DNA from: a virus
Lineage: Duplodnaviria > Caudoviricetes
IMG/VR virus record: IMGVR_UViG_3300032038_000059
Span: 9,297-73,296 of that record
DNA: 64,000 nt
Direction: 5' to 3' (one strand)
Made by a program: the position numbers and the translations under genes. Numbering within the stretch: the stretch's first letter is position 1; each line of letters opens with the position of its first letter. The notes beneath the pieces are model-generated. The model saw only the letters and a program-made list of their open reading frames with translations, did not search any database and had not been told where the DNA came from. Below are positions 15,537 through 26,600 of this stretch, piece after piece.

Positions 15537-17282
15537 TCACGAACCCTTTCGTCCTTCCTTTTTTCCGTACTGGATGAAGTGTTTATAGTACGATTTTAAG
15601 TCATCGCCGAATGCATTTCTGAGATCTGCATATCTCTTCCTGTACTTATGTACATTAAACTTGGATGAGCCTTGTCTACCTTCCTTCATGCCATATTCGC
15701 AGAAGTGATCAAAGTATTTTTGTTTGTTCGTACCAAATGCCTTGCGGAGATCTGCGTACTTTTTCTTGTAATAAGTATAGTTGTAAACAGGTGAGTAATT
15801 CAATCCATTCCATACAGTTGAGTATTTAGTTTTCTTCTCCGTCTTCTCTTTGTAAGCTTTCTCTAACGCAGATTTAGTAGCTTCATCATAGTGACCGTTC
15901 ACTGTCATCCCGGAAGCTTTCTGGAATGCCTTGAGCGCATTCTCTGTATTTGTTCCGAAACTTCCATCCGCTCCATACGAACCACATGAATATCCGCAAG
16001 CTATAAGCATCATCTGCATTGTCTGGACAGCATCGCCAGAATCGCCTTTGGAAAGATAGTCATTCTTGATGATATCATGGTCATACGGAAGAGTGATTGT
16101 TCCGTCCTTACGATACTGTTTCAGGTTTGCTTTGAATTCATCCCAAGTCCATGAAGTTCTCAGGTTGTTATTCTTGACGTAGGGATTTGGACAAATCTTC
16201 CCGGTCACATCATAATGACGGATTACATGATCTATACTAATGTCGTACTCATCCATAAGTTTACTCACCAGATAGACAAGCGATTCCTGAGTCTCTTCCG
16301 TAAAATACCACTTGTTGGAATCGCCGTCAGCATCCTTCACGTTTTCTGTGTAGCAGACTCCACACTCGATACCTATGGAATTGTAGTTCGTGCAGATCTG
16401 GAAATATTTATGACCGTCAGAACCTTGAAGTCCTCCTCCACAATGCCATACTACGGCAGTCTTCGGATCAGCAGCTTTATAGATCTCGCCATTGCGTTTG
16501 ATATTGTAATGACCACCATATCCTCCACCATACAGATAGGGGTTGTCTGCATTCGGGACTCCTAGATAATGACAGACGATGAACTTAATCTTGTTGCCAT
16601 TTCTAGATCTGGGGACTTCAGAGAGATTCTCTTTCGTGATGTCATGAATAGTTTTATTCTGAATCTTGATTACGCACGGCTCAAGCTGATCGTCCGGGAT
16701 CTCTTCTTTGATGATATCTGATGGTTTAACATCGGAAAGATTATCATACTTTGTCAGATCATGTTTGTTAATGATCCGCATAACACTTGATGGATAGGTG
16801 CTTCCTGTCGCATACCCAAGTGAAGCTACCTTCTTAATCAATGCGGAAGGATCTCTCATGGAAAGAACTGCTTTGCCGTACTTAGGTTTGCCACCCTTCC
16901 CGTAATTCGAAGCATAGGTCAGGAACAGAAGAAAATCACAGAAGGATCTCTCAATACTATCATATACCCGGAAATCATCTTCGATTGTAACCATCTTGCC
17001 ATCGTATTCTTCAGGCGTATCCTTAGTAATGCTCTCGCCTTGCCATACAGTGTATTCGTCCCATGAATCATTCAGTAAGTTGCTCTTAATTCCCACCATA
17101 TTATTCGCTTTGAGAAGTAAAGCTATTTGCGGATTATCCCAGTAGGACTCAATTCCGTATCCATTCTCCAAGCATGATTGGGCAATAAGAACGGAAGGGA
17201 GATAACCGTAGCGTTTACACGCTTTCTGTGCAGGTATTGCTACTGCATTGATGTATTCCTGTTCTGAGGTGCATATTTTCAT
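15537..17282 (-). CDS. Modular endolysin: GH73 glucosaminidase, Amidase_2, PG-binding domain and C-terminal repeats
   Basis: LPSVLIAQSCLENG...GYAT; IVCHY...WHCGG...SIGIE...HYDVTGKICP; LSKGDSG.AV..MQ..L; two YKK.YADLR.AFG...HF..YG.KEGR repeats. Confidence 0.9.
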   Translation of the reverse strand: MKICTSEQEYINAVAIPAQKACKRYGYLPSVLIAQSCLENGYGIESYWDNPQIALLLKANNMVGIKSNLLNDSWDEYTVWQGESITKDTPEEYDGKMVTIEDDFRVYDSIERSFCDFLLFLTYASNYGKGGKPKYGKAVLSMRDPSALIKKVASLGYATGSTYPSSVMRIINKHDLTKYDNLSDVKPSDIIKEEIPDDQLEPCVIKIQNKTIHDITKENLSEVPRSRNGNKIKFIVCHYLGVPNADNPYLYGGGYGGHYNIKRNGEIYKAADPKTAVVWHCGGGLQGSDGHKYFQICTNYNSIGIECGVCYTENVKDADGDSNKWYFTEETQESLVYLVSKLMDEYDISIDHVIRHYDVTGKICPNPYVKNNNLRTSWTWDEFKANLKQYRKDGTITLPYDHDIIKNDYLSKGDSGDAVQTMQMMLIACGYSCGSYGADGSFGTNTENALKAFQKASGMTVNGHYDEATKSALEKAYKEKTEKKTKYSTVWNGLNYSPVYNYTYYKKKYADLRKAFGTNKQKYFDHFCEYGMKEGRQGSSKFNVHKYRKRYADLRNAFGDDLKSYYKHFIQYGKKEGRKGS

Positions 17283-17294
17283 ACTATACCTCCA

Positions 17295-18293
17295 TTACAT
17301 ACTGTATTTTGTGTATGAATTCTTAATCTGACTGCTGTCCGTATAAACATATTTCATCGTTGTGTTGATGTCGCTGTGTCCCAGAAGAGCCTTAATCTCC
17401 TGTACATCCATTCCTCTCTTAGCAAGGTTTGTGGCAAAGGTTCGCCTGAATCGGTGTGGATGCACATTCGTTACCCCTGTTCTTCGTTCTATCTCTTTCA
17501 GAATGAACTGGATGCCACTTGAACTTATCCTCTGCTTCTTGTTATTCAAAAATAAGCAAGGCAGTCCGTCATTTCGCGTTTCCAGATATTTCTTCAAATG
17601 CTCTTTGGCTACAGGAGTCAGGTATGTGATCCTCTCTTTCGAGCCTTTACCAAAACGAACATGAACTTTTAACTCGCCGAAGTTAACATCGCCAATGTCC
17701 ATGTTTGATAGTTCCGACACACGAACTCCAGTTGCGAGAAGGAACTCGATTAACGCTCTCTCCTTCAGCGATTTACATGAACTCCGCATGGAATCGATCT
17801 CGACATCACTGAAGGGGAATTTAACTTCTTTGTTGCATTTGATCGGTTTGATCTTCATGCATGGGTTCTTTGCAGTCTCTTCCTCAAGAGTTAACCACTG
17901 GAAGAATGCCGAAAGATTTGCTCTTGTGTTTTCCAGAGTGACATTTGAGATGCCACGCTCTTTTTCTAGAGCCAGAAACATACGGATGTCATAAGCATTC
18001 ATCTCCGTGTATTTCTTCCCGGACATCTCAGCAAGCTTTCTACAAGTTCTCGCATACTGGTAGATTGTACGATCTGACTTACCATCTACTCTCAGGCAAC
18101 CGATGTATCGCTTCAGTAGTTTGTTATTCGTATTGTCATACGGAACAATCTCAGTGCTTTGTTCCGCAATTGTGTATTTCCCCAGAATCAGGATCACCTT
18201 GCTTTCGAATCTTTCCCTATCATCTGGGCTGATCATGTCATATGTTTCGGCAAGGATCGTGCTGATAACTTGCTCCCTATAATCTATGGACAT
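17295..18293 (-). CDS. Second tyrosine recombinase (XerD-like)
   Basis: ATGVRVSEL, GKGSKER, HPHRFRRTFAT, LLGHSDINTTMKY. Confidence 0.92.
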   Translation of the reverse strand: MSIDYREQVISTILAETYDMISPDDRERFESKVILILGKYTIAEQSTEIVPYDNTNNKLLKRYIGCLRVDGKSDRTIYQYARTCRKLAEMSGKKYTEMNAYDIRMFLALEKERGISNVTLENTRANLSAFFQWLTLEEETAKNPCMKIKPIKCNKEVKFPFSDVEIDSMRSSCKSLKERALIEFLLATGVRVSELSNMDIGDVNFGELKVHVRFGKGSKERITYLTPVAKEHLKKYLETRNDGLPCLFLNNKKQRISSSGIQFILKEIERRTGVTNVHPHRFRRTFATNLAKRGMDVQEIKALLGHSDINTTMKYVYTDSSQIKNSYTKYSM

Positions 18294-18416
18294 TCACTAT
18301 GCCCCCTTAAGATTTATAGTTTTGTAAAAAAAATAAGCCACACTCCCAAAGCTGAGAATGTGGCTCATATTACCCGTTATTTAATTTTTGCTACAGAATA
18401 GCCTGCTTTAATTGAG

Positions 18417-18629
18417 TTACAGTCTAGGATCTTCCCAATCAGTATGCTTTTGACTGTGCCAATAATCGCAGTATGCATCAGTCTGTCTCAAAGCATCAAT
18501 TTTCTCCTTCAAAAGTTCTGCCAGCATATTTTTTTCGTCAACTGATTCAAAAGTTAATGTATCAAAACCACAAGTCAGCTTATCCAATAACGCTTGATAC
18601 TTAGTAATTTCTTTTTTATAAATTGACAT
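18417..18629 (-). CDS. Hypothetical protein
   Basis: ORF with RBS; followed by a hairpin/poly-T at about 18330-18370. Confidence 0.55.
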   Translation of the reverse strand: MSIYKKEITKYQALLDKLTCGFDTLTFESVDEKNMLAELLKEKIDALRQTDAYCDYWHSQKHTDWEDPRL

Positions 18630-18678
18630 TCTTGCCCCTCAACGAAATAGGATTTTTATGTTTTCGAAACAACCTGCT

Positions 18679-21549
18679 TTAAGTCAGTGCATTGATTTCT
18701 GCATCCAAAAACTTGCATCGCTGCGAGTACCATTCTACAACCTGAGCAACAGTTCCTGTGTCTGTTGCCGGGAGTAACGGATATTTTTTGATATCAATAT
18801 CCTTTAATCCCTTCGGGATAACCGCAGCGAAGTTATAAAACTGACGCATTACATTTGATTCAGACATTGTACTCGCACGCAAAGCCGTGTATCTTGCCTT
18901 CAATGCTGGCTTTTGATATGTATAGATGTATTTCATCAAATCGCTTTGAGTGGCATAATCCGCAAACGTTGGAATTGCATTTGCGGGATTGTACGATCCG
19001 CCCGTCCAATGATTGCCGAATGTTGTGTCAAGATCCCATTCGCTCATATACCACTTTGTACCATCAAATGTTGCAAGCAGATAGTTCTTGTCGATTATGT
19101 CCGTACCACCGATCAAGCAGGCAAAGATATAGTGGTCAATAACGCTTTCAAGGTCAATATACTGGTTGATTGTTTCGGCATCAGATGAACTTGTAGCGTT
19201 CATTACTGCCGTGATTGCTTGTGAAACGCTTGTTGCCATCCATCCTATGTTATCCTCGTCCGGTGCGTACTCTACTGAAAAGGCATTTTCAGCAATCAGA
19301 TCAGATTCTGAAATAGTTGCTTTAAACTGAGTAGGAAGCGAATGGGTTTCCGCTCCAAGAATACCCTCATGCTCTGTGGATCCTGTCATACCGAACATCC
19401 ACTTGTCTTTCGGGATATTCATGTCAAACAGACCGAGATACTCATTATTCAGCACCACGATCATGGGGAATCCATCAGTTGCACCGCCATTCGGCAAATT
19501 ATACAGATACGGATTTTGAACCGATCTACTCTTGACAATCGCTCCCCACAGTTTTGCGCTGACTACGTTACGTGCTTCTGTAAAATCAATGTAGTTTGCT
19601 TTCAGGTTGTATTTCTTTTGTGGTCCCCATCCTTTACCGAAATCAACATTACTGCTGAATTTAATCGTGTAATTTTTCTTTGAATAAGCGATAGATGATG
19701 AGCCTTGCCATTTGAGTGTGCACTTTCCACTGTTGCCTTTGTAATACCAATCGAGGTTTGCTTCGATATCTTTTGTCATGGCACTTGTATCACCCACAAG
19801 GTAAAGAGTAGGCAGTCCAACAGTCAAAGAAGACGTAACAAATGTTTCTCGATATTTCTTGTAATTTTCAAGAAAATCGGCATTTGCCACACGTTTTCTT
19901 TCAACTACCATGTCTTTGACGTATTCGCACGACAAACACGCATAATTTATGTTTGTGAAAATCGTGTTATCCGATTCGATTTCAATCGGATGTGGAGTTA
20001 CACTGTATTTAGTAGGTGGATTGATTGCACTGCCAGTGCTCGACATAGTGGCTGTGATTTCTCCTGTAACAATGTCAATATATCCGCCATAAATCAATAC
20101 AGGGAATCCGATGATCATAATATCGGCATCTGTCTCCGCATAGTTGGATTCAGCGCTCTTGATTTCCGTGAGATGCGGACGGAATACAACATTGTTCATT
20201 GCAATTCCACTGTTCACCATAATTCGGACATCACGTGATTCATTAGCAGTTGGCGTGTACACACCAGCAGCACCAGTATCAACCGCATGGACGCCACCTA
20301 TAGCCATTCTGTAAGTGGTAGCACTTCCACCAGATGGGCAACCACTCAGCTTATATGTCTTGCCTGCCTCAAACTGCGTATCTGTTTGAATATAAAAACT
20401 TGTAAACGCTGTTGCAGTTCCGTTCACAACCACCGAACCATCTGAATTTCTTGCAAATGTCAAGCCGTTTATGTTCGTTGCTCCGGTTTTTATTGCTAAA
20501 ATATTTTCGTTATATTTTTCTGTTGTCTGATATGCGTACCGAAGCATCGGCTTGAAAGTCAATCCGTCTGTATTGATTCCGCTTGCGATTCTGATCCTTA
20601 CATCGTGCTGAGTATCTGTTGCCGGGGTAAATACGCCACCATCGCCAGTATCAAGCCCAAGTGTACCACCAAATGACATACTGTATGTTGCAAGACTGCC
20701 ACCTTTAGGGCATCCAGTTAATGCATAAGTAACACCAGATTTAAACGGATAAATGTTACGTATAAAAAATGTAGCAACCGCACTGGAAGTGCCAGAAGTT
20801 GTTATTGTTCCATCGGCATTTACGGTAAATGTAACACCGTTAATCGTTTGTGTTGGATTTATCCCACCAAGAAGGTTTTTGCCCTTTACGTTATAGATAG
20901 AGATCGATCCGTAACCATTAGCACTGTAAGGCAGTTCGCAAACAAGCGACTTCAGTTTGCTCCCAACTGCTCCACCATTAATGCGAACCGCATACCCCTT
21001 GTCGTTTCCGAAATAAACATTACTAATGTCAATTTCTTCATTGATTGCTTCGTCTGCCGCTTCTCTTGCCGTAGCTTCTGCACTAATCGCATTTGCTCTT
21101 GCGGTTTCTTCGGCTGTTAAATCTTCCTTTAATGTACTCAGTTGATCGCCAACTGTTTTAGCATCAGCAGCCTTATCTGAGACAGTAAGTGTCTTATCTA
21201 CGGTAAATGCAGCTGCTGACTGTGCTGCCTGTGCTGCGCTATTACTTGCCCTTGTAGCTGCCGTATTTGCATTGTTAGCTGCGGTCTGTGCTGCCTGAAT
21301 ATCTGACGTAATATCAGCTTCAAACTCAGTTGCGAGTTCTTCTGCAATCTCTTGCGTACTAAGCTCTACTTCCCTCTTAACATCCTCATGAGTAGCCATA
21401 CGCTTAACGCTTCCTGCGGAGAATGCCATATATACAGCTTCTCCATCTTCTGCATCAGGATGTCCGCTCTGGACTACAGCCCACTCACCCGGAAGTAACC
21501 GATTCGGATCAAAGTCCGAATACTTACCTCTTCTGCTTTGTATAGCCAT
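18679..21549 (-). CDS. Tail-associated protein with duplicated beta-rich modules and a C-terminal CotH-kinase-like domain
   Basis: AIQSRRG...LLPGEWAV N-terminus, coiled coil, two INGxTF..N.DG...G...LxGCPxGGS repeats, then KWQGSSS..Y.KKNY, KANYID, DGFP...YLGL, KNYL, WDLDTTFG. Confidence 0.75.
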   Translation of the reverse strand: MAIQSRRGKYSDFDPNRLLPGEWAVVQSGHPDAEDGEAVYMAFSAGSVKRMATHEDVKREVELSTQEIAEELATEFEADITSDIQAAQTAANNANTAATRASNSAAQAAQSAAAFTVDKTLTVSDKAADAKTVGDQLSTLKEDLTAEETARANAISAEATAREAADEAINEEIDISNVYFGNDKGYAVRINGGAVGSKLKSLVCELPYSANGYGSISIYNVKGKNLLGGINPTQTINGVTFTVNADGTITTSGTSSAVATFFIRNIYPFKSGVTYALTGCPKGGSLATYSMSFGGTLGLDTGDGGVFTPATDTQHDVRIRIASGINTDGLTFKPMLRYAYQTTEKYNENILAIKTGATNINGLTFARNSDGSVVVNGTATAFTSFYIQTDTQFEAGKTYKLSGCPSGGSATTYRMAIGGVHAVDTGAAGVYTPTANESRDVRIMVNSGIAMNNVVFRPHLTEIKSAESNYAETDADIMIIGFPVLIYGGYIDIVTGEITATMSSTGSAINPPTKYSVTPHPIEIESDNTIFTNINYACLSCEYVKDMVVERKRVANADFLENYKKYRETFVTSSLTVGLPTLYLVGDTSAMTKDIEANLDWYYKGNSGKCTLKWQGSSSIAYSKKNYTIKFSSNVDFGKGWGPQKKYNLKANYIDFTEARNVVSAKLWGAIVKSRSVQNPYLYNLPNGGATDGFPMIVVLNNEYLGLFDMNIPKDKWMFGMTGSTEHEGILGAETHSLPTQFKATISESDLIAENAFSVEYAPDEDNIGWMATSVSQAITAVMNATSSSDAETINQYIDLESVIDHYIFACLIGGTDIIDKNYLLATFDGTKWYMSEWDLDTTFGNHWTGGSYNPANAIPTFADYATQSDLMKYIYTYQKPALKARYTALRASTMSESNVMRQFYNFAAVIPKGLKDIDIKKYPLLPATDTGTVAQVVEWYSQRCKFLDAEINALT

Positions 21550-21564
21550 TTACATTTCCTCCTA

Positions 21565-21822
21565 TCAGCTTCTGTACGGTTCTGTGTATGTCATTGCTCT
21601 TGTGCTATCATTTAGGCTATGAGTAGTCGGATCATTTACCACGCCGATAATCGTCAGCACTACGAAGACCGCATCGACAACGGCGAGAATCTTCGTCTGG
21701 AAATCTGTCAGATCGATCTTGAAACCAAACACAGCACCGATAGCCTGAATCAGTACCAGAATTGCCGGGATGAATGCAATCCAGAAATTCTTGTTTTTGA
21801 TTCTTACTTTCCAGTTAATCAT
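21565..21822 (-). CDS. Holin (phi LC3 family)
   Basis: MINWKVRIKNKNFW...GVVNDPTT.SL.DS.RAMTY. Confidence 0.95.
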   Translation of the reverse strand: MINWKVRIKNKNFWIAFIPAILVLIQAIGAVFGFKIDLTDFQTKILAVVDAVFVVLTIIGVVNDPTTHSLNDSTRAMTYTEPYRS

Positions 21823-21837
21823 TGGGATACCTCCTCC

Positions 21838-22344
21838 TTAAATGAATTTATTTTCCTTTTTACACCTGTCGTAAACTTCTCTGATGTTATGCATAGCACT
21901 ATCTGCTTTGTCATTAGGGTAGGATTTATGTTCATCACAAAATGTGCGATAAAAACTGACATCCTCAAGAATTTGGTCAAAAAACTCAGAAGAATGGTCT
22001 ATTTTCCTCCGAAGTTCATCGTCAAACCTCAGTATCCGATTTCGGGCATTATTCGCTTCTCTTTCTTCTTCCCTTTCGTTTGTCTCGTCCAATTCTTTAT
22101 GAATGTTGCCTAAATCCTCTTTGATATCTTTTATCTCGTTCATTACATCGCCGTTAATCAGTTTCCCCATCCATTTAAAAAAACGTGACCACGGATCAAC
22201 CTTAATTGGAGCGATTTGGATCAGCGATAAAAGGACTACTCCGATTATCACGACATTTCCAAGCCCAACTCCCTTAAGCGCGTCCAGTATCTTTATTAAC
22301 TCCATCGGATTAGTCCCCCATATATAAAAAGAGATCTGCCACAT
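21838..22344 (-). CDS. Conserved lysis-region membrane protein
   Basis: Hydrophobic N-terminus LIQIAPIKVDPWS, RNRILRFDDEL...YPN.KA; start may be at MELIKIL. Confidence 0.7.
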   Translation of the reverse strand: MWQISFYIWGTNPMELIKILDALKGVGLGNVVIIGVVLLSLIQIAPIKVDPWSRFFKWMGKLINGDVMNEIKDIKEDLGNIHKELDETNEREEEREANNARNRILRFDDELRRKIDHSSEFFDQILEDVSFYRTFCDEHKSYPNDKADSAMHNIREVYDRCKKENKFI

Positions 22345-22440
22345 ATTAAGTTATGTGTAACAGACCTCCAGTATCATAGGCATTAAGCCTAATATCATAA
22401 ATAAATCATATAATTCGGCACTGCATCGAACAAGAAACCT

Positions 22441-22701
22441 TTAGTAAACTTTTAGTCCATCTTCGATTACTGATTCATATTTGTAAACGATCTTCTTTAT
22501 CGAAGTCGGCGTAGATGAGTATTTCTCCGCAAGTTTCTCAAAAGTCATACCGTTTACAAGTCTATCCCTCAGTATCTTGCGATGCTTATCGTTATGCACC
22601 CATTCATTGATGACGGACACGATGTTCGATGCCGTATAGTGATCCAAGAATCCGTAATGCATCTGTCTCTTAAGCATACCAATCCTCAAATACTCCACCA
22701 T
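22441..22701 (-). CDS. Small HTH-like protein
   Basis: RKILRDRLVNGMTFEKLAEKY. Confidence 0.6.
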   Translation of the reverse strand: MVEYLRIGMLKRQMHYGFLDHYTASNIVSVINEWVHNDKHRKILRDRLVNGMTFEKLAEKYSSTPTSIKKIVYKYESVIEDGLKVY

Positions 22702-23176
22702 CTACACTTTTTTCGTAGAATCCGGGATTTTCTAAACTTCCACCGTCTACATCTCTATATGGATCATTGACGGCATCCTGTATCTCTTGAAGTCTTCTGG
22801 TCAACTGAGCATACACGGACGGTGTAGGTGCAGTTGAGGACTCCATATTATCGTAATAGCCTGATTCCATAACAAAAACACTGGCTACATTAGTTGTAAC
22901 CAGTGCTCCTGCATAACAAGATACATAAATATATTTCTGATCTCCATTCAACACTTCATGTGGAACTAAGCAGTTATATTCTTCATCCAGAATTACTTCA
23001 TATGCTTTATCGCCACTTTTGAAGACGGCAGTAATGATACCTTGTTTAACCCACTCGTCTGTCTCAAAATCGAAATGTGCATATAGATAATTGATCGAAT
23101 CAGCAACTACCTTAAAATCATCGGTTCTCCTGATGATCTGATTTTTCAAAGAGAAATTCAGTTGCGCATCGCTCAT
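22670..23176 (-). CDS. BppU-like baseplate protein
   Basis: VADSINYLYAHFDF..DEW...TAVF...CLVPHEVL beta-sandwich pattern. Confidence 0.6.
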   Translation of the reverse strand: MSDAQLNFSLKNQIIRRTDDFKVVADSINYLYAHFDFETDEWVKQGIITAVFKSGDKAYEVILDEEYNCLVPHEVLNGDQKYIYVSCYAGALVTTNVASVFVMESGYYDNMESSTAPTPSVYAQLTRRLQEIQDAVNDPYRDVDGGSLENPGFYEKSVDGGVFEDWYA

Positions 23177-23391
23177 TTTGATTCCTCCTTTTTAGCAGAC
23201 TCTTCTTTGAGTTCCTTCTCATACTGCTTTTTAGCAGCTTCATATTCGGCATCGGCTTGTTCCTTGACCTGAAGCAAAACCTCCTTCAATACATCACCGA
23301 TCGCGAACATCGGAAGTTCAGCTTCATTAATAAGATTCACAACATCATTTACAAAATCATTTCTAGCTACAACAAGCGGTTTTCTTGCCAT
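23173..23391 (-). CDS. Hypothetical tail-region protein
   Basis: KPLVVAR.DF...INEAELP. Confidence 0.65.
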   Translation of the reverse strand: MARKPLVVARNDFVNDVVNLINEAELPMFAIGDVLKEVLLQVKEQADAEYEAAKKQYEKELKEESAKKEESK

Positions 23392-23404
23392 GTACTATAT
23401 CTCC

Positions 23405-23608
23405 TTATTCTGCGGAATCTACAAATGATTGAGCGTAGTCTTCAAGCTGACTGATGAGATTTTTCATATCTCTATCGGTCACTACGCGATCAACACGATT
23501 GTTATCTGAAATAACTCTCCCCGTTGATTCATCGATCTCAGAATAGCTTGCGCTCATTCTCTTACCAACTGCATCATTAAATACCGTTACAGATGTTACT
23601 GTTCTCAT
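23405..23608 (-). CDS. Hypothetical tail-region protein
   Basis: Overlapping ORF in operon. Confidence 0.65.
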   Translation of the reverse strand: MRTVTSVTVFNDAVGKRMSASYSEIDESTGRVISDNNRVDRVVTDRDMKNLISQLEDYAQSFVDSAE

Positions 23609-26600
23609 GAAGATACCTCTCTTTCACTTTGAATATCCTGAATATGTTGAATCGCCAAAGCAGAATAATCAATTCCACTATCAATATTTGGCATACTTTG
23701 ATCATATCTTTCGAGATTTAGTTGATCATAACCAATTTGCTTTGCTTTTAATTCCCAAGAAAATCTTAAGCCCGGTGTACCAGATACAATGAAATAATAA
23801 GGTTTCCGTTCTTTCACAAAGCAATCACCAGAATTGTGTTTTTGTAAAAAGACATAATAACTATCAGTCACTATAGTTTCGCTAAATATAGCTTCTATCG
23901 AAACGTAACACAAACCGTCTTCCGATATCACTCCCTCGCCAATATCGCCAAAACATGGAGTTGGGGTTTCATAACAATACAAGAGCCTTGTTGCATAATC
24001 TTTTGTCTTCACAACTCTGTTTTTTGGCTGAACAGTTCGCAAAGCGTTTGCGTAAATCTCATTTCTTGTGAAATAGAAATTTGAACCACCACTATACTGA
24101 AAAACTAATCCTGTAAGAGTACCTTCTCCAAGATATGTAGTAGAATACCCCTGTTGTATTTTGATGACTTCATTATAATCGATGGTTGTTGTATTTCCAG
24201 ATCTTCTATTGTAATAAGTCTCGCGATGTTGTCCAAAAAACGGGCTAAATACTGCATTAAAGGTTTCGTATCCATTTGATCCTGCATCGCTAGTCCAATT
24301 TAATTTAAGACCTAAATCAGTGTTAGCTTGTGTGCCAAAACCCACAGTACCAGAGATTTTCGTGTTGCCATTGGTTACTTTTAGTGGAAAAGTTAAGTAT
24401 GAACTAGAGTTCCCGGTAAGTTTAATATAATCAATCGCCATTAATGATTTGGTAGTTAAATTTCCACTTACATCAATCTCTGTCAAGTACTTATTTACAT
24501 TTGTCCCGGAAGTTATTCGTCCAAAATGCGCACCTGTATTATCAATTTTTATTTTTTGCACATCATTGGAATCATATACATATAACTGACCATTACCGTA
24601 TGTTTTTGTCTTATCAGTACCATCTGTTCCACCAAGTTTTAATGTTCCACCACGAATTGTGCTTGCACTAAGAGTGTTTGTTTGAATATAACCACCGTAA
24701 ATGCTAGTTGTTTTCCCCGTTTTTGATAAGTCATCGTGTTCTACAAATTTAGCAAATCCAGTGAAATTAATCTGTTCAGCTTTTATCGATGCTTTGTATT
24801 GTTCAAGATTGATTTGCGTTATGACTTTATCGGCATCGATTTTATGAGTAACTTGTGTAGAAAGATCTGATACGGTTGTTGACAAACCACTTACGCTTTG
24901 ATTAAGGGTTGTAATATCTGGATCTTTAACAAGAGTCCAACTTCCATTTATGGTAACAGTGAAGCTGCTACTATAAGTGTACTTCCAAAGTTGATCAAGA
25001 TTACTTCCATATGGGTTGTGTGCGCTTTGTGGATATGTGTTGCCTCTCACTTCTATTGGAGTGTAATTTGGTAGAAAGTCAACCGTTCCATAGACACGTT
25101 GATCTGAAGCCCTAGTGATAGAACTAAATCTGAACCCGTAATAATTGGATGCCGAGGAATCTGTATGAAAATAGACATAAAATTCATGTGAAGGAACAAA
25201 GAAAGTTTTGTTCGCTATAGTTGAGCCACCAAATCTCTCAGAAGCATAATAGTAATTACCAAGCTTATAATAAATAACAACATAATCGTTTACCAGACTC
25301 TCAGTCCTACTATCGCTACTAAATGTTAAAAGTAGACCTGTATTAGCTATGGCATTGTATTGATATGTATTATTCGTATCAGAATCTATATACATATCTC
25401 CATCGTGATTCTGTTTTTCTTCATTCGTTGCCCAAGATAGTGCCGGGTAATTGCTTGTTGTTGGCACACCTTTGCCATGATACGAACTATTCTTTTCATT
25501 TGCTTTTTGAATAAATGTAATTGTGATTTCATCGGATTTCTGAGAAATCATGGACTGAACATCACTAATTTTTGAATACGCAGTAAGATTTACTTTATTT
25601 GAGTCAATTGTTACCTCAGACTCTCCAGAGTTATTAATCGTAGCAATAATAGATGCTTTTTCTGCATATATACCAGATGACTTTACTGTTGCGTTGATTG
25701 TATTTGGAAGCACATCCAAGAATGAACTGAACTTCGGAATCTCAGAAGGTGTACCATCAAGCCAATTATCAATCTTAGCGTCATCAGTATACTTATTCCT
25801 AACCTTCCAGTCAGAATCTAATCCGTTCCCGGAAAGTCTTTGAGTGACGCAAGTCTTTATATCACCAGTATTGTCTTGTGTAGCATTAAACCACAAATCT
25901 CCAACATAATACGGAGGTTTCGGAACTGTATTGCCAGTAAAGACTTGTGCTTTACCATCAATCCGATCAAACACTTCTTTCGGAGCGTCTTGTTTTACCC
26001 ACGTAGAACCATTCCATCTATATGTCTGATTCTGAAGATATGTGGGATTGTTTATAGCAGTGCAATACCACAGGTCACCTTCATGCTCTTTTTTTAAATC
26101 GGAAGTATTCCATGCAGTAGAAGGATCTGTGCTCTGATACCACGTTTCTGCTTTTGCATCAAGTTGCCCCTGTATATCAGTGATCGTATTTTTGAATTCA
26201 CCGTCTACGAAGTAATTAAGTAGCTGCTCTGTTTCATTCGACTGGTCTTCAATTGCAGGACTCCAATCGGTAGCCTTACCACCCTTCTCAAGCTTAATAT
26301 TCCTGAGTTCGATAAAATCTCCAATGGCATAGTTACTGGATGTTGTACGCTCGTTTGCAATCAGCAGATACAGCTTAGTAACAGCCATATCGACCGTAAA
26401 CGTAAACTCACATCTCCCGGACATCTCAGTTCCTTTATCTGCCTGAGTAACATCTGCGAATGATTCCTGTTGATCTATTGCGAAGGTTGATGCCGATGCC
26501 TTATTCGTATACAGCATCGCTTTCATAGGATACATCTTTGTATCAGCCTTGCCCGTATCAGACGAAAGCACTCTCCATGAAGCATCGAAAGAAAGCGTAT

